The translations under genes were made by a program, and so were the position numbers. Shown here in pieces: positions 11,498-21,916 of a stretch of 64,000 bases of DNA. Within the stretch, counting starts at the first letter, position 1. Each line of letters starts with the position of its first letter. A model generated the notes under the pieces. The model had not been told where the DNA came from. It saw nothing but the letters and a program-made list of their open reading frames with translations, and made no database searches. Source of the stretch: an uncultured Actinomycetota bacterium (GTDB lineage Bacteria > Actinomycetota > Actinomycetes > JAHEKZ01); the NCBI GenBank assembly GCA_963829525.1, contig CAWHIJ010000003.1, positions 2,240,001 to 2,304,000 of the forward strand, written 5' to 3'.

Positions 11498-12208
11498 CTA
11501 GAGGCTCCAGCTTCGGCGGTGATGATCACAGGGACCGTGTACTCGAAGTTGGTCGCGATGGTGGTCGGATGCATAGCCTTTGTTCGTGTCCCACCCGAAG
11601 TGAGGGTGCGCGCCGGCAAGATCGACCATCATCGCGTCCCGCGTGGTTTTGGCCAGGACGCTCGCTGCCGCCACCGACGCACACGTCAGGTCCGCCTTGA
11701 CCTGGGTCACCACAGGCGGGACGGAAAGCACGGGCCAGGGCGGGGATGCCTTCACGTTACTGTCGCCGGCTTCACTGGCCCCGAGCTCCCAGAGCCCCGG
11801 TTCCTCCGTTGGCAACACGGTCCCCTGATGAGTCAGCCAGTCGAAGGACCCGTCGAGCAAAAGGAGGTCCGGCGCAAGTTCAAGGTCGGCCAGCGCCCGC
11901 AGACCAGCCAGCCGGAGTGCGCTGGTCAGTCCCCACTCGTCGATCTCCTCTGGAGCCGCATGCCCGACAGCGCTGGCTCGGACCCATCGGTGGATCACCG
12001 GCACGAGTGCCTCGCGACGAGCGGGAGACAGGAGCTTGCTGTCTGCCAGCCCCGCCGGAACGCGACCAACGTTGGCGTCGATCACCACAACGCCCACAGA
12101 CACCGGACCCGCAAGTGCGCCACGCCCGACCTCGTCGCACCCGGCCAATAGCTGGACACCGCCACGCAATATCGATCTCTCCCGACGCAGCGAAGGGCGG
12201 GTGATCAT
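11498..12208 (-). CDS. rnhB: ribonuclease HII
   Basis: GCDEVGRGALAGPV, DSKLL, SVAAASVLAK. Confidence 0.95.
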   Translation of the reverse strand: MITRPSLRRERSILRGGVQLLAGCDEVGRGALAGPVSVGVVVIDANVGRVPAGLADSKLLSPARREALVPVIHRWVRASAVGHAAPEEIDEWGLTSALRLAGLRALADLELAPDLLLLDGSFDWLTHQGTVLPTEEPGLWELGASEAGDSNVKASPPWPVLSVPPVVTQVKADLTCASVAAASVLAKTTRDAMMVDLAGAHPHFGWDTNKGYASDHHRDQLRVHGPCDHHRRSWSL

Positions 12209-12696
12209 GGCATCACCGCCGGGCCGACCTCGACCGGCGCGCTCGGCGGTCCGTCGCGGAGGAGCAGGTGCAGCTGGTCGGCGATATCCGGCGGGGCTAC
12301 CAGCTCCTCCAACTCCCTCAGTTCAGCGACCGAGAACCAACGGTGCCCGGATAGGTAGCGACGTTCCAGCGGGGTCTGGCGCGAGTCGTCGACTTCGTGA
12401 CTGCCCACCCGAGCGAAGTAGAACACCTCGTCCTGGTCATAGACCACGCCATCGAAGGAGAACTCAAAACGCCTCGTCCAGACAAGGGGACCGGGAACGG
12501 TGAGCTCAAGACCGACCTCCTCGGCCAGCTCGCGGACCGCCGCGTGCTCGGCAGTTTCACCCGGGTCGATCCCACCCCCCGGCGTGTGCCAGACGGCTGG
12601 CCCTGGACGCTGCGGGTCACCGCCACGGAGAAGCAGGACGCGATCGTCGGCGTCAACGAGAACAACGCGCGCCGACGATCGCCGGACGGGGGACAC
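12205..12696 (-). CDS. NUDIX hydrolase
   Basis: Nudix box GGGIDPGETAEHAAVRELAEEVG; start placed at the GTG 7 nt after TAGGCT. Confidence 0.88.
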   Translation of the reverse strand: MSPVRRSSARVVLVDADDRVLLLRGGDPQRPGPAVWHTPGGGIDPGETAEHAAVRELAEEVGLELTVPGPLVWTRRFEFSFDGVVYDQDEVFYFARVGSHEVDDSRQTPLERRYLSGHRWFSVAELRELEELVAPPDIADQLHLLLRDGPPSAPVEVGPAVMP

Positions 12697-12790
12697 GGCG
12701 CCCAGCCTATCGACCAGAGCCGAGGACAACGGCCGTGCAAGCCGACACCATTCCAAAACCCCTTACCGTCATGCTGCATTGGAGCAAACG

Positions 12791-13483
12791 CTATGAGACA
12801 TCGTCGAAGGCCGAAGGGCGGTCGACCAGTGCCCAATGACCGAAGGGCCAGACGATCGCGACGGTTCGCCCCTGGATGTTGTCCTCCGGGACGAAATGCT
12901 CGAGGCCCTTCTGGCAACGAGAGTCCTCGGAGACCGCTCGATGATCACCCATGACCCACAGATAACCGGCAGGAACCGAAACCTCAAACTCCCCAGAACA
13001 CCCTTGGGGTGCGTCGCTTGGGCTGTTCCCCGGGTACAGGTACTTCTCCTCGACCGGTGTGCCGTTCACCGTGATCTGGCCGTCAGGAGAGCAGCAGGCG
13101 ACTGTGTCGCCCCCGACACCGATGACCCGCTTGACGAGATCCCCCTCGGCAGGATCTGGGGCTAGTCCTACGAACTCCAGAGCTCGCCGAACGGGATTGG
13201 ACTCCGACTGCGCGTCCGGCAGCCAAGTGCCTGGATCACTGAACACGACAACATCACCGCGGTCGACTGTTCCCCAACGTGTGTAGAGCTTGCTGACCAC
13301 AATCCAGTCGTCTTCCTGCAACGTCTGTTCCATGGAGCCGGAGGGGATGAAGAACGCCTGGGCAATGAATGCACGGACGAAGGCCGAAACGACGAGTGCG
13401 ACGACCACGACGAGCAGGAGCTCGACGAACCAGTGCGTCTTCCGTCTGGAGGAGACGCCACTATGGGTGCCGGACTTTGTCAT
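12791..13483 (-). CDS. lepB: signal peptidase I (paralog 2)
   Basis: IPSGSMEQTL, VKRVIG, MGDHR motifs. Confidence 0.93.
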   Translation of the reverse strand: MTKSGTHSGVSSRRKTHWFVELLLVVVVALVVSAFVRAFIAQAFFIPSGSMEQTLQEDDWIVVSKLYTRWGTVDRGDVVVFSDPGTWLPDAQSESNPVRRALEFVGLAPDPAEGDLVKRVIGVGGDTVACCSPDGQITVNGTPVEEKYLYPGNSPSDAPQGCSGEFEVSVPAGYLWVMGDHRAVSEDSRCQKGLEHFVPEDNIQGRTVAIVWPFGHWALVDRPSAFDDVS

Positions 13484-13594
13484 GTGATCTCCCGAGAAAT
13501 CCGCCGCCGAGGCGCTGACCTCACACTACGGCCCGGGAGCAGAAGGGGCTGGCGCGAATCGCTGTCTGGGTTCTGCCCGAACGCTTACGGCGTG

Positions 13595-14365
13595 CTAGTT
13601 CGAGCTCGACTCCTTGTCGATGGGTTCATCGCTCTGCGCCGCATCGATTGCGTCGTTGTCGATGGTGTCAGGGCGCGTGAGGAGCCCGGCTTCTGAGAAC
13701 GGCCAGATGATGACGAAAGCCCGACCCACGACGCTCTCGACGGGGATCGCGCCACCTCCTGGGTCGCCGATGTGAGCCCGGGAGTCAGAAGATTCTGCGC
13801 GATGGTCTCCCATCACCCACACCCTGTCGGCGGGGACACGCACATCGAAAGGATCGTTGGAGGGCTTGTTCCCCTCGAAGAGGTAGGGCTCTTCGATCGG
13901 TATGCCGTTGACGGTGATCCGGCCCTCTTTGTCGCAGCACTTGACCCGGTCGCCTGGCAACCCGATCACACGCTTGATGTAGTCCTTCTCGGTGGGGCTG
14001 GCGAAGCCGAAGACGCCAGCCACCGACTGCAGAACTCTGGTGACCGGGTTACTGGGCTCGGCAACCTGGATCTCCGGATCCCAGGAGTCGACACCGTTGA
14101 AGACGATGACGTCGCCACGCTGGATGTCGCCCAGGTCGTACGCAAGCTTGTTGACCATCACCCGGTCGCCGACCTGGAGGGTCGTCTCCATCGAACCGGA
14201 GGGGATGTAGAAAGCCTGGATGAGAAACGTCTTGAGCAAGAAAGCCAGACCGAGCGCAATCACGACGAGTATGGGCAGCTCGCGCCAGAAGGATGAAGGG
14301 CGCTTCTGCTTCGGCGTCGCGGACTCAGCCACGTCGACGGAAGGGTTTACCGCGTCCGCCGTCAC
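13595..14365 (-). CDS. lepB: signal peptidase I (paralog 1)
   Basis: [28 protein letters not shown] motifs. Confidence 0.95.
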   Translation of the reverse strand: MTADAVNPSVDVAESATPKQKRPSSFWRELPILVVIALGLAFLLKTFLIQAFYIPSGSMETTLQVGDRVMVNKLAYDLGDIQRGDVIVFNGVDSWDPEIQVAEPSNPVTRVLQSVAGVFGFASPTEKDYIKRVIGLPGDRVKCCDKEGRITVNGIPIEEPYLFEGNKPSNDPFDVRVPADRVWVMGDHRAESSDSRAHIGDPGGGAIPVESVVGRAFVIIWPFSEAGLLTRPDTIDNDAIDAAQSDEPIDKESSSN

Positions 14366-14721
14366 TGGCCGCTGGACGCCTCGCGGCGCTCCTTGATCTT
14401 CGCCGCCTTCCCTCGCAGATCGCGCAGGTAGTAGAGCTTGGCGCGCCGGACGGCACCGCGGGTGAGGACCTCAATCTGTTCGATCACCGGGGAGTGCACC
14501 GGAAAGGTTCGCTCGACACCGACGCCGTAGCTCACCTTGCGGACGGTGAAGGTCTCACGGACGCCACCGCCTGAGCGTCGGATGACGACACCCTGGAAGA
14601 TCTGGACACGACTCTTGTTTCCCTCGATGACCCGGACGTGGACCTTCAGGGTGTCACCGGGGCGGAAGTTGGGGATATCGCTGCGCAGCGACGCTGCGTC
14701 GAGGGAGTCGAGCGTGTGCAT
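14362..14721 (-). CDS. rplS: 50S ribosomal protein L19
   Basis: [20 protein letters not shown]; AAGGAG before ATG at 14721. Confidence 0.97.
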   Translation of the reverse strand: MHTLDSLDAASLRSDIPNFRPGDTLKVHVRVIEGNKSRVQIFQGVVIRRSGGGVRETFTVRKVSYGVGVERTFPVHSPVIEQIEVLTRGAVRRAKLYYLRDLRGKAAKIKERREASSGQ

Positions 14722-14862
14722 TGGGCTCTCCTTCGGCTGCCACAGGTCAACCGAGCGTGGGTCAGCGACGGCGACGAACGCCGTGCGCATCACGGGATGA
14801 ACAGAATGCCTACGGCGCGCGGTGCCCCCTGTGGCAGGAACGACACACGACGAACGGCCTGC

Positions 14863-15670
14863 TTAGTCTGCCACAGGGCCGGGCATCGACCGAAATCGAC
14901 CGTCCGCGACAGTCCAGCCATTCTCGCTGAGTACGTCGAGGTCCCGTGCGTCCAGCTGACCCGGTTCCATGCGCTCGATGAGATCGGGCCGAACACCTGC
15001 CGTTCGTCGGAGCGAAGCATCCCGCCGCCACCGGGCGATAGCACCGTGATGACCCGAGAGCAGAACTTCTGGGACGTCGAGGCCCCGCCACGAAGCCGGC
15101 TTGGTGTACGCCGGCGCCTCGAGCAGTCCGTCGGCATGCGACTCGTCGGTCAGCGAGTCCTCATTCCCCACGACACCGGGCAACAGGCGGCCAACGGCCT
15201 CAATTACTGCCAACGCAGCGACCTCACCACCGTTGAGCACGTAGTCGCCCAGCGAGACCTCGCGAACGCGGAACCGTGAGGCGGCGTCCTCTGCGACCCT
15301 TGCGTCGATGCCCTCGTAGCGGCCGCAGGCAAAGACCAACCAGTTCTCCGCAGCCCATTGCTCAGCCAGCCGTTGGGTGAACGGCTCCCCCGCCGGGCTC
15401 GGGACCACCAGCAGGGGGTCGTCGGCTTCGCGCGAGGCTCTGACATGGTCGAGGGCCGCACCCCAGGGCTCGGCCCGCATCAGCATCCCCGGTCCCCCGC
15501 CGTACGGGGTGTCATCCACCGTGCGGTGCCGGTCGTGGGTGAAGGTCGCGCAGATCATGCACGCTGACCTCGAGCGCGCCGTCGCGGCGCGCCTTACCCA
15601 GCAGCGACAGGTCAAGGACATCGAAGTAGGCAGGGAAGATCGTGACCACGTCGACGTACACGCCGATCAC
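14863..15670 (-). CDS. trmD: tRNA (guanine37-N1)-methyltransferase (apparent frameshift near 15570)
   Basis: VDVVTIFP N-terminus; [31 protein letters not shown]. Confidence 0.94.
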
Positions 15671-16206
15671 CCCACCGTCAGGTCGAGCAGGCCGTCTGGG
15701 AGGTCGACGACGATGCGACCACCGGCGACGTCGACCTCGGGTACGAGTGCCCCGACGAAGGGAATCATGACGCGCCGACCATCGACCCGGGCAACCATGA
15801 GCAGATCTTGAGCGCCATGGACAACGTCGGTGACGCTGCCCAGAGTGGTGCCGCTACGGTCAACGACCCTCAGGCCGACGAGCTGGTGGTCGTAGAACTC
15901 ATCGGGATCGTCGGGGGCCTCATCGGGGTCGACGTCGGTGGACAACAGCACACCTCGCAACGCCTCGACGACGGTGCGGTCGCCGACTTCGGCGAAGTGC
16001 AGAAGCAGCCGACCGCTGTGCCAGCGGAAGTCCTCGACGGTCAGCTGAGGGTGGTCCGCGTGGTCGGTGGACAACACGGTTCCTGGCGCGAAGCGCCGAT
16101 CGGGCTCGTCGGTGCGTGACTCGACGTTCACGTCACCACGGACGCCGTGTGGGCGTCCGATCCGACCCACGACGACCTGCACCGGCTCAGCGCCTCTCGT
16201 GGTCAA
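15667..16206 (-). CDS. rimM: ribosome maturation factor RimM
   Basis: VGRIGRPHGVRG, DEFYDHQLVGL. Confidence 0.94.
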   Translation of the reverse strand: MTTRGAEPVQVVVGRIGRPHGVRGDVNVESRTDEPDRRFAPGTVLSTDHADHPQLTVEDFRWHSGRLLLHFAEVGDRTVVEALRGVLLSTDVDPDEAPDDPDEFYDHQLVGLRVVDRSGTTLGSVTDVVHGAQDLLMVARVDGRRVMIPFVGALVPEVDVAGGRIVVDLPDGLLDLTVG

Positions 16207-16221
16207 GAACGATGGGCAACC

Positions 16222-16464
16222 TCAGCGAGATCCCGCGGAGTCCATGAAGTCGACACGGCACCGGCGTCGGGCCAACGCGTCGACAACGGTTCGCACCGAC
16301 GACGCCGTGCGTCCACCGCGGCCGATCACCCTACCGAGGTCGTCGGGGTGAACCCGAACCTCGTAGAGACGGCCGCCGCGGCGCTGCTCGCGCAGCTGCA
16401 CCTGGACATCGTCTGGGTGGTCGACGATGCCCCGGACCAGGTGGTCGAGTGCCTGCTCGATCAT
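16222..16464 (-). CDS. khpA: KH-domain RNA-binding protein KhpA
   Basis: VHPDDLGRVIGRGGRTA; lies between rpsP and rimM. Confidence 0.92.
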   Translation of the reverse strand: MIEQALDHLVRGIVDHPDDVQVQLREQRRGGRLYEVRVHPDDLGRVIGRGGRTASSVRTVVDALARRRCRVDFMDSAGSR

Positions 16465-17070
16465 TGGCTCGGTGGGGTCTCGGCGACCGCGTCTGCGGTG
16501 GCGTCAGTCGGGGCATCTGCGGCTGGCGTCAGCAACGACCTCTGCTGCGGGCTCGGCAGCTGGCTCAGCGACGTCAACTGCTGGTGCCTCGGCAACAGGC
16601 TCCGAAGGCGCATCGGCGGCCTTCTCACTGGAAGCTTCAGCCTCTGGGGCTGCCTTCTCGCTGGAGACGTCAGCCTTCGGGGCTGCCTTCTTCTTCGCCT
16701 TGGGGGTGGTGGCTGCCTTCTCATTGAGGCCGGCCGCCTCCTTGGCGGCTGCCTCGAAGACCGCCTTCTTGTCAGCCTTGGGCTCGGCCACGAGCATCGC
16801 AGGCGGAGCCGGCTCGCCCTTGAAGGCCTGCCAGTCGCCGGTGACCCGGAGAATGGCCGCGACAGCCTCGGTCGGCTGGGCGCCAACGCCGAGCCAGTAC
16901 TGGGCGCGCTCGGAGTCGACCTGGATGCGCGAGGGGTTCTCGACCGGGTGGTACTGGCCGATCTCCTCGATGGCCCGGCCATCGCGTGCGGTGCGGGCGT
17001 CAGCGACGACGATGCGGTAGTGCGGTTCGCGCATCTTGCCGATGCGCTTGAGCTTGATCTTGACAGCCAC
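16461..17070 (-). CDS. rpsP: 30S ribosomal protein S16 with long Ala/Glu/Lys-rich C-terminal tail (apparent frameshift near 16525)
   Basis: [31 protein letters not shown]. Confidence 0.95.
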
Positions 17071-17236
17071 GGTTGGGCGAGCTCCTGGTTCTGGTGGGTT
17101 CTGCGCTGACATCTGGCGTGGGGTTGCCCGTGTCATCGCAAAGGGACTCGGCGGTGCAAAGCGGTTGAGAGGGCCGCCTGCCCGTCGGGTTCAACAGGTC
17201 AGTCTGCCAGAGGAGCCGCCGCCTGCCCAAACCGCC

Positions 17237-18788
17237 TCAGCGGCCGAGCAGATCGGTAAAGGCATCCGGCAGCTCGGTCAGGGTGTTGGGCGGCGCATCG
17301 GCTGGGCACCGGCGTCATCTCGGACTGCGCCGTCGGCGGCCTGCTGGGCGCGCTTGGCGGGGTTACCACTGACTCGTCCCTTCTTGCCCTTGGCACCCTT
17401 CTTGCCTTCTTGGGGCGCCCGCCGGCTGGGCCGCCACCCAGGCCGCCCGGAAGCCCTGGCATTCCGGGCATCCCTGGAATCCCGCCGCCCTTGGCCATCT
17501 GGCTCATCATCTTGCGCGCCTCGAGGAAACGGTTGACCAGCTGGTTCACGTCGCTGACCTGGGTGCCCGACCCCGAGGCGATGCGCTGCCTACGCGAGGC
17601 GTTGAGGACTTTGACGTCAGCCCGCTCACCCGGGGTCATCGACTGGATGATCGCCCTGATGCGGTCGAACTCTCGGTCGTCGAGGTTGGCGATCGCCTCC
17701 TTGTGCTCACCCATCCCCGGGAGCATCCCGAGCAGCTTGCCGATCGAGCCCATCTTCTGGACAGCCTGCAGCTGCGCCAGGAAGTCGTCGAGGGTGAAGT
17801 CGGTGCCTGTCGCGAGCTTGGTCGCCATCTGCTCGGCCTGGTCGGCCTCGAAGACCTTCTCGGCCTGCTCGATCAAGGTGAGCAGGTCACCCATGTCGAG
17901 GATCCGTGAGGCCATCCGCTCGGGGTGGAAGACGTCGAAGTCCTCGAGCTTCTCGCCGTTGCTGGCGAACATGATCGGCTTGCCGGTTACCCCGCGCACC
18001 GAGAGCGCGGCGCCACCGCGGGCGTCACCGTCGAGCTTGGTCAGCACGACGCCGTCGAAGCCGACACCGTCCAGGAACGCCTGGGCGGTAGCCAGTGCGT
18101 CCTGGCCGATCATGGCGTCGAGGACGAAGAGCACCTCGTCGGGCTGAACGGCGTCGCGGATCTGCCGCGCCTGCTGCATCATCTCTTCGTCGATACCAAG
18201 TCGTCCGGCTGTGTCGACGACGACGACGTCGTACATCTTCTCGTTGGCGTAACTGATGGCGTCTCGAGAGACGAGCACGGGGTCGCCGACGCCACTGCCT
18301 GGCTCCGGCGCGAAGACCGCGACTTCAGCTCGCTCCCCCACCACCTGCAGCTGCTGTACGGCATTGGGACGCTGCAGGTCCGCTGCGACGAGAAGCGGCT
18401 GGTGGCCCTGACTCTTCAGCCAGAGCGCCAGCTTTCCGGCGAGGGTCGTCTTCCCGGCTCCCTGCAGCCCGGCCAGCATGATCACCGTCGGCGGGGTCTT
18501 GGCGAACCGAATGCGTCGCGTCTCGCCGCCGAGGATTCCGACGAGCTCCTCGTTGACGATCTTGACGATCTGCTGTGCCGGGTTCAGCGCCTGCGAGACC
18601 TCGGCGCCCTTGGCCCGCTCGCGAACAGCAGCAATGAAGTCCTTGACGACCGGAAGAGCGACGTCTGCCTCGAGCAGGGCGACCCTGATCTCGCGCAGCG
18701 TCGCGTCGATATCGGCGTCGGACAGCTTGCCCTTGCCGCGCAGGTTCTTGAACGTGGCGGTCAGGCGGTCCTGGAGCGTGGTGAACAC
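17237..18788 (-). CDS. ffh: signal recognition particle protein (apparent C-terminal frameshifts)
   Basis: GLQGAGKTT, DTAGRL, TKLDGDARGGAALS; SGNPAKR C-terminus lies in another frame. Confidence 0.95.
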
Positions 18789-18906
18789 GGGCAACCTTCG
18801 GGTGTGCGGGTGGTCCTACGAGGGTAACGGTTGCGCGTCGTCCCTCATCGCACCCTCATCGCCCAACTGCCGCATTCGGCTCACCAGAGGGGTTCTTGAA
18901 CACCAC

Positions 18907-19248
18907 TCACTCAAGCCAGAACAACTCAGCGAGGGTGGTCAGGCCAAACAGCACCGGAAAGACCAACAGGGGGATCCAGAGCAACGACCAACTCTCATTC
19001 CTCACCTTGGCGACCACGCCGAGTACGAAGGCCAACAGCGCGACCAGCAGCCCACCGAGCAGCGAGATGCCCCCGAGGTAGCCAACGAAATTGTCCTCGA
19101 TGGCCTCGGTGCCTCCGACCGCCAGGGCGATCAAGACGACCGCGTAGGCCAACGAGACGATCACCGCCACCAGTGACCCAAGCCCAACAGCCCATCGGGC
19201 GAGCTTGCTTCTCTCCTGCGGAAGATCGACGACCGGAGTGACTGTCAT
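18907..19248 (-). CDS. small membrane protein, 3 predicted TM segments
   Basis: Three hydrophobic stretches; GGAGG upstream of ATG 19248. Confidence 0.7.
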   Translation of the reverse strand: MTVTPVVDLPQERSKLARWAVGLGSLVAVIVSLAYAVVLIALAVGGTEAIEDNFVGYLGGISLLGGLLVALLAFVLGVVAKVRNESWSLLWIPLLVFPVLFGLTTLAELFWLE

Positions 19249-19431
19249 CGAACTCACCTCCTCGGAGTAGCGATTCGCTTGCTCCACTTCAAGGATCCTC
19301 CAGTGGCAGACCCATCACTAGGGCACAAGGCACCACGCCGTTGCAGTGATCCCGTCGCATCGTCGCCGTTGCCAGCGCTCTCACCCGAAGACCGGGCCGC
19401 CTGGGTAGCCGGATCGCTATCGGCGCGGAGG

Positions 19432-19755
19432 CTACCTGCGGCGGCTGATCTCCCGGTCGACGTCGGCGTTGGTGATCGGGCGCCGCCCGAAGACCTCCCA
19501 TGCGTGCAACGCAAGGAGAACGCCCCAACCGGCCATGACCCATCCGGGCCAGAAGTATCCGGCACCGGTGACGAGCCAAACGAAGACGAGGAAGACGTTG
19601 ATTACGACGTACGACACGACGTCCGCAATTATCTTCCGTCGGGCCTCCAGATGCCTGCGCGCCTCGGCGCGCTCGTCAGCGGCCGGGTCTCGGTCGGCAG
19701 GACCTGCGTTGCCGGACGCTGGGCCAGAGTTCAAAAACGGGGTAGGCACTGACAT
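19432..19755 (-). CDS. 2TM-domain protein
   Basis: SYVVINVFLVFVW...YFWPGWVMAGWGVLLALHAW pattern; AGGAGG SD. Confidence 0.8.
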   Translation of the reverse strand: MSVPTPFLNSGPASGNAGPADRDPAADERAEARRHLEARRKIIADVVSYVVINVFLVFVWLVTGAGYFWPGWVMAGWGVLLALHAWEVFGRRPITNADVDREISRRR

Positions 19756-20051
19756 CTCGCACCTCCTATGCACTGATCCCCTCTTGCTCCCATTGTCCAG
19801 CGGTTCACGGCACGCTGGCAGAGTCAAAAGCCTGTGATCTACTCGGTCAGGCTGGGGCTCCCGAGCCGTCCACCACGTTTCGACGGTACTCGTCGAGAAT
19901 GCTCTTGAACATCCTCTGACGTAGCTGCGGGGCGGGCCCAACGCCTCTTGCCCGAACGGGCTCCTGGGCGGATGCTGCGAATGTCAGCGGCGATTGAGGC
20001 CTTCGGTCTATTTGGCGTCCTGTTGCTGACTCGGGGGATGGGAGGACGATC

Positions 20052-20471
20052 ATGAAACTCCAGAAGCGAGATCTTGTCGCAACCGGCTTGGTGGTAGTTG
20101 CCGGGGTGATTTACCTGCTGTGGCTCCTTGACTCCGTTCCCACAAAGATGAGCGGTGTCCGGACAACAGGCGCCGTCATCCTTGTGCTCGGATTCGCAGC
20201 CTCTGCCACTGCGGTCGTGCCAACTTTCGATCAGCTTCTCCGCGGTAACAAGGTGTACCTAACCGTGACATCCTTGCTTGGCTTGGTGGCCCTAGTTGCC
20301 GGCGTATTGATGCTGGTCGAAGCGAGCGAGACCGCGCTGGCCGTGGTGATGTTCGCCATGGTCGCGATGTGGCTGATAGCGACAACCCATCACAGCCTCC
20401 TGGCCCAGACCACTTCGCCGAAGCCTGCACAAGGGGCACGTGAGACCTGGCGGCCAAAGGTCAACGTCTGA
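20052..20471 (+). CDS. membrane protein, 4 predicted TM segments
   Basis: Four hydrophobic segments; GGGAGG SD. Confidence 0.72.
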   Translation: MKLQKRDLVATGLVVVAGVIYLLWLLDSVPTKMSGVRTTGAVILVLGFAASATAVVPTFDQLLRGNKVYLTVTSLLGLVALVAGVLMLVEASETALAVVMFAMVAMWLIATTHHSLLAQTTSPKPAQGARETWRPKVNV

Positions 20472-20610
20472 GGGCTGCACTGTGGTGCGACCAACCTGAC
20501 CAACGCCCTGCAGCTCTGCCAGGTCCTCGGCACTGCAGTGTCGTACCTCGACCACATCGGGAGGTCGATCTCCAACAGACCCCAGATCGTCATCGAGCAT
20601 GCGATCTCCG

Positions 20611-21790
20611 CTAGCCCAGCAGGGCGTCGACGAAGACCTCTGGGTCGAACGGCGCAAGGTCGTCGGGGCCTTCGCCAAGGCCGACGAGCTTGACGGGAAC
20701 ACCGAGCTCGCGCTGCACCGAGACGACGATCCCGCCCTTGGCGGTGCCGTCGAGCTTGGTCAGCACAACGCCGGTGACATCGACCACCTCGGCAAAGACC
20801 TTGGCCTGCGCCATGCCGTTCTGACCGGTCGTCGCATCGAGGACCAGCAAGACTTCGTCGACAGGAGCCTTCTTCTCGATGACTCGCTTCACCTTGCCCA
20901 GCTCGTCCATCAGGCCCGGTCTTGGTGTGCAGGCGCCCCGCGGTGTCGACGAGCAGCACGTCTGCCTCCGAGTCGATCGCAGCCGTCACCGCGTCAAAAG
21001 CGACACTCGCCGGATCACCACCTTCGGGTCCACGAACAACAGGCACTCCGACCCGGTCGCCCCAGGTCTGTAGTTGGTCGGCGGCTGCGGCCCGGAACGT
21101 GTCTGCCGCTCCCAGCACGACGTCGCGATCTTCTGCAACCAGTACGCGCGCCAACTTGCCGGTCGTCGTGGTCTTGCCGGTGCCGTTCACTCCGACGACA
21201 AGAACGACCGCCGGTCGACCAACAGCCTCAACGGCCAACGACCGGTCAGCGGCAGGGTCGAGGAGACCGAGCAGCTCGAAAACGCAGAAGTTTCGAGGCG
21301 AGGCTCCTGGCTCAGCGCGCAGTGCCGCCCGCAGACCCTCGACGACCTCGGCGGCGATGCCAACGCCGGTATCGGCGGCGATCAGTGAGTCCTCGATCTC
21401 TTCCCACGTCGCATCGTCGACGGTCGACCGTGATAGCAGGGCGACGATCCCCTGCCCTAGTCCACCCGACCGGGCCAGGCGGTCCCGGAGTCTGGCCATT
21501 CGCCCGGCGACCGGAGCCGGACGGTCCAGGATGGCGAGGTCGCCGCTACCATCTGCACCGCGCCTAAATCGGCGTCGTCCGGCAGCGGCACCGTCGCGAT
21601 GGTCCGCTTCGGAGTGTCACGCGGCGGCGCAGCATCGTCGCCCACTCCCGGGACGTGCGTGCTCACGCGGCGGCGCCCCCGCGGTCGGGGCCGAGCGGCC
21701 CCGACCGGCTCGGAATGCGAGCATGCCAAGCCCGAAGACGAGCGCGAGCGCCAGAAGGCTGATGAGCACGATGAGCGCGATGGGATCCAC
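20611..21790 (-). CDS. ftsY: SRP receptor FtsY (apparent frameshifts)
   Basis: N-terminal [44 protein letters not shown] across frames. Confidence 0.93.
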
Positions 21791-21916
21791 GGTCGGAGTC
21801 TCTCAGAGCGTCAACCCTGCCCGGCAAACGGTCCAGTGGGCCACCGCAGCCGGCGTGGGCCGCTCAGCCGGCGTGGGGGCCTCTAGAGAGCTCGCTCCCA
21901 GTAAGCCTCTCGGTGG

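Noticed and set aside
18816-18910. RTGA mini-ORF chain from the 18907 gene toward ffh
   Set aside because: The second ORF ends in TAG about 28 nt short of ffh; counted as a failed relay
21838-21879. Short direct repeat CAGCCGGCGTGGG x2 between smc and ftsY
   Set aside because: Two copies in GC-rich DNA with no supporting structure
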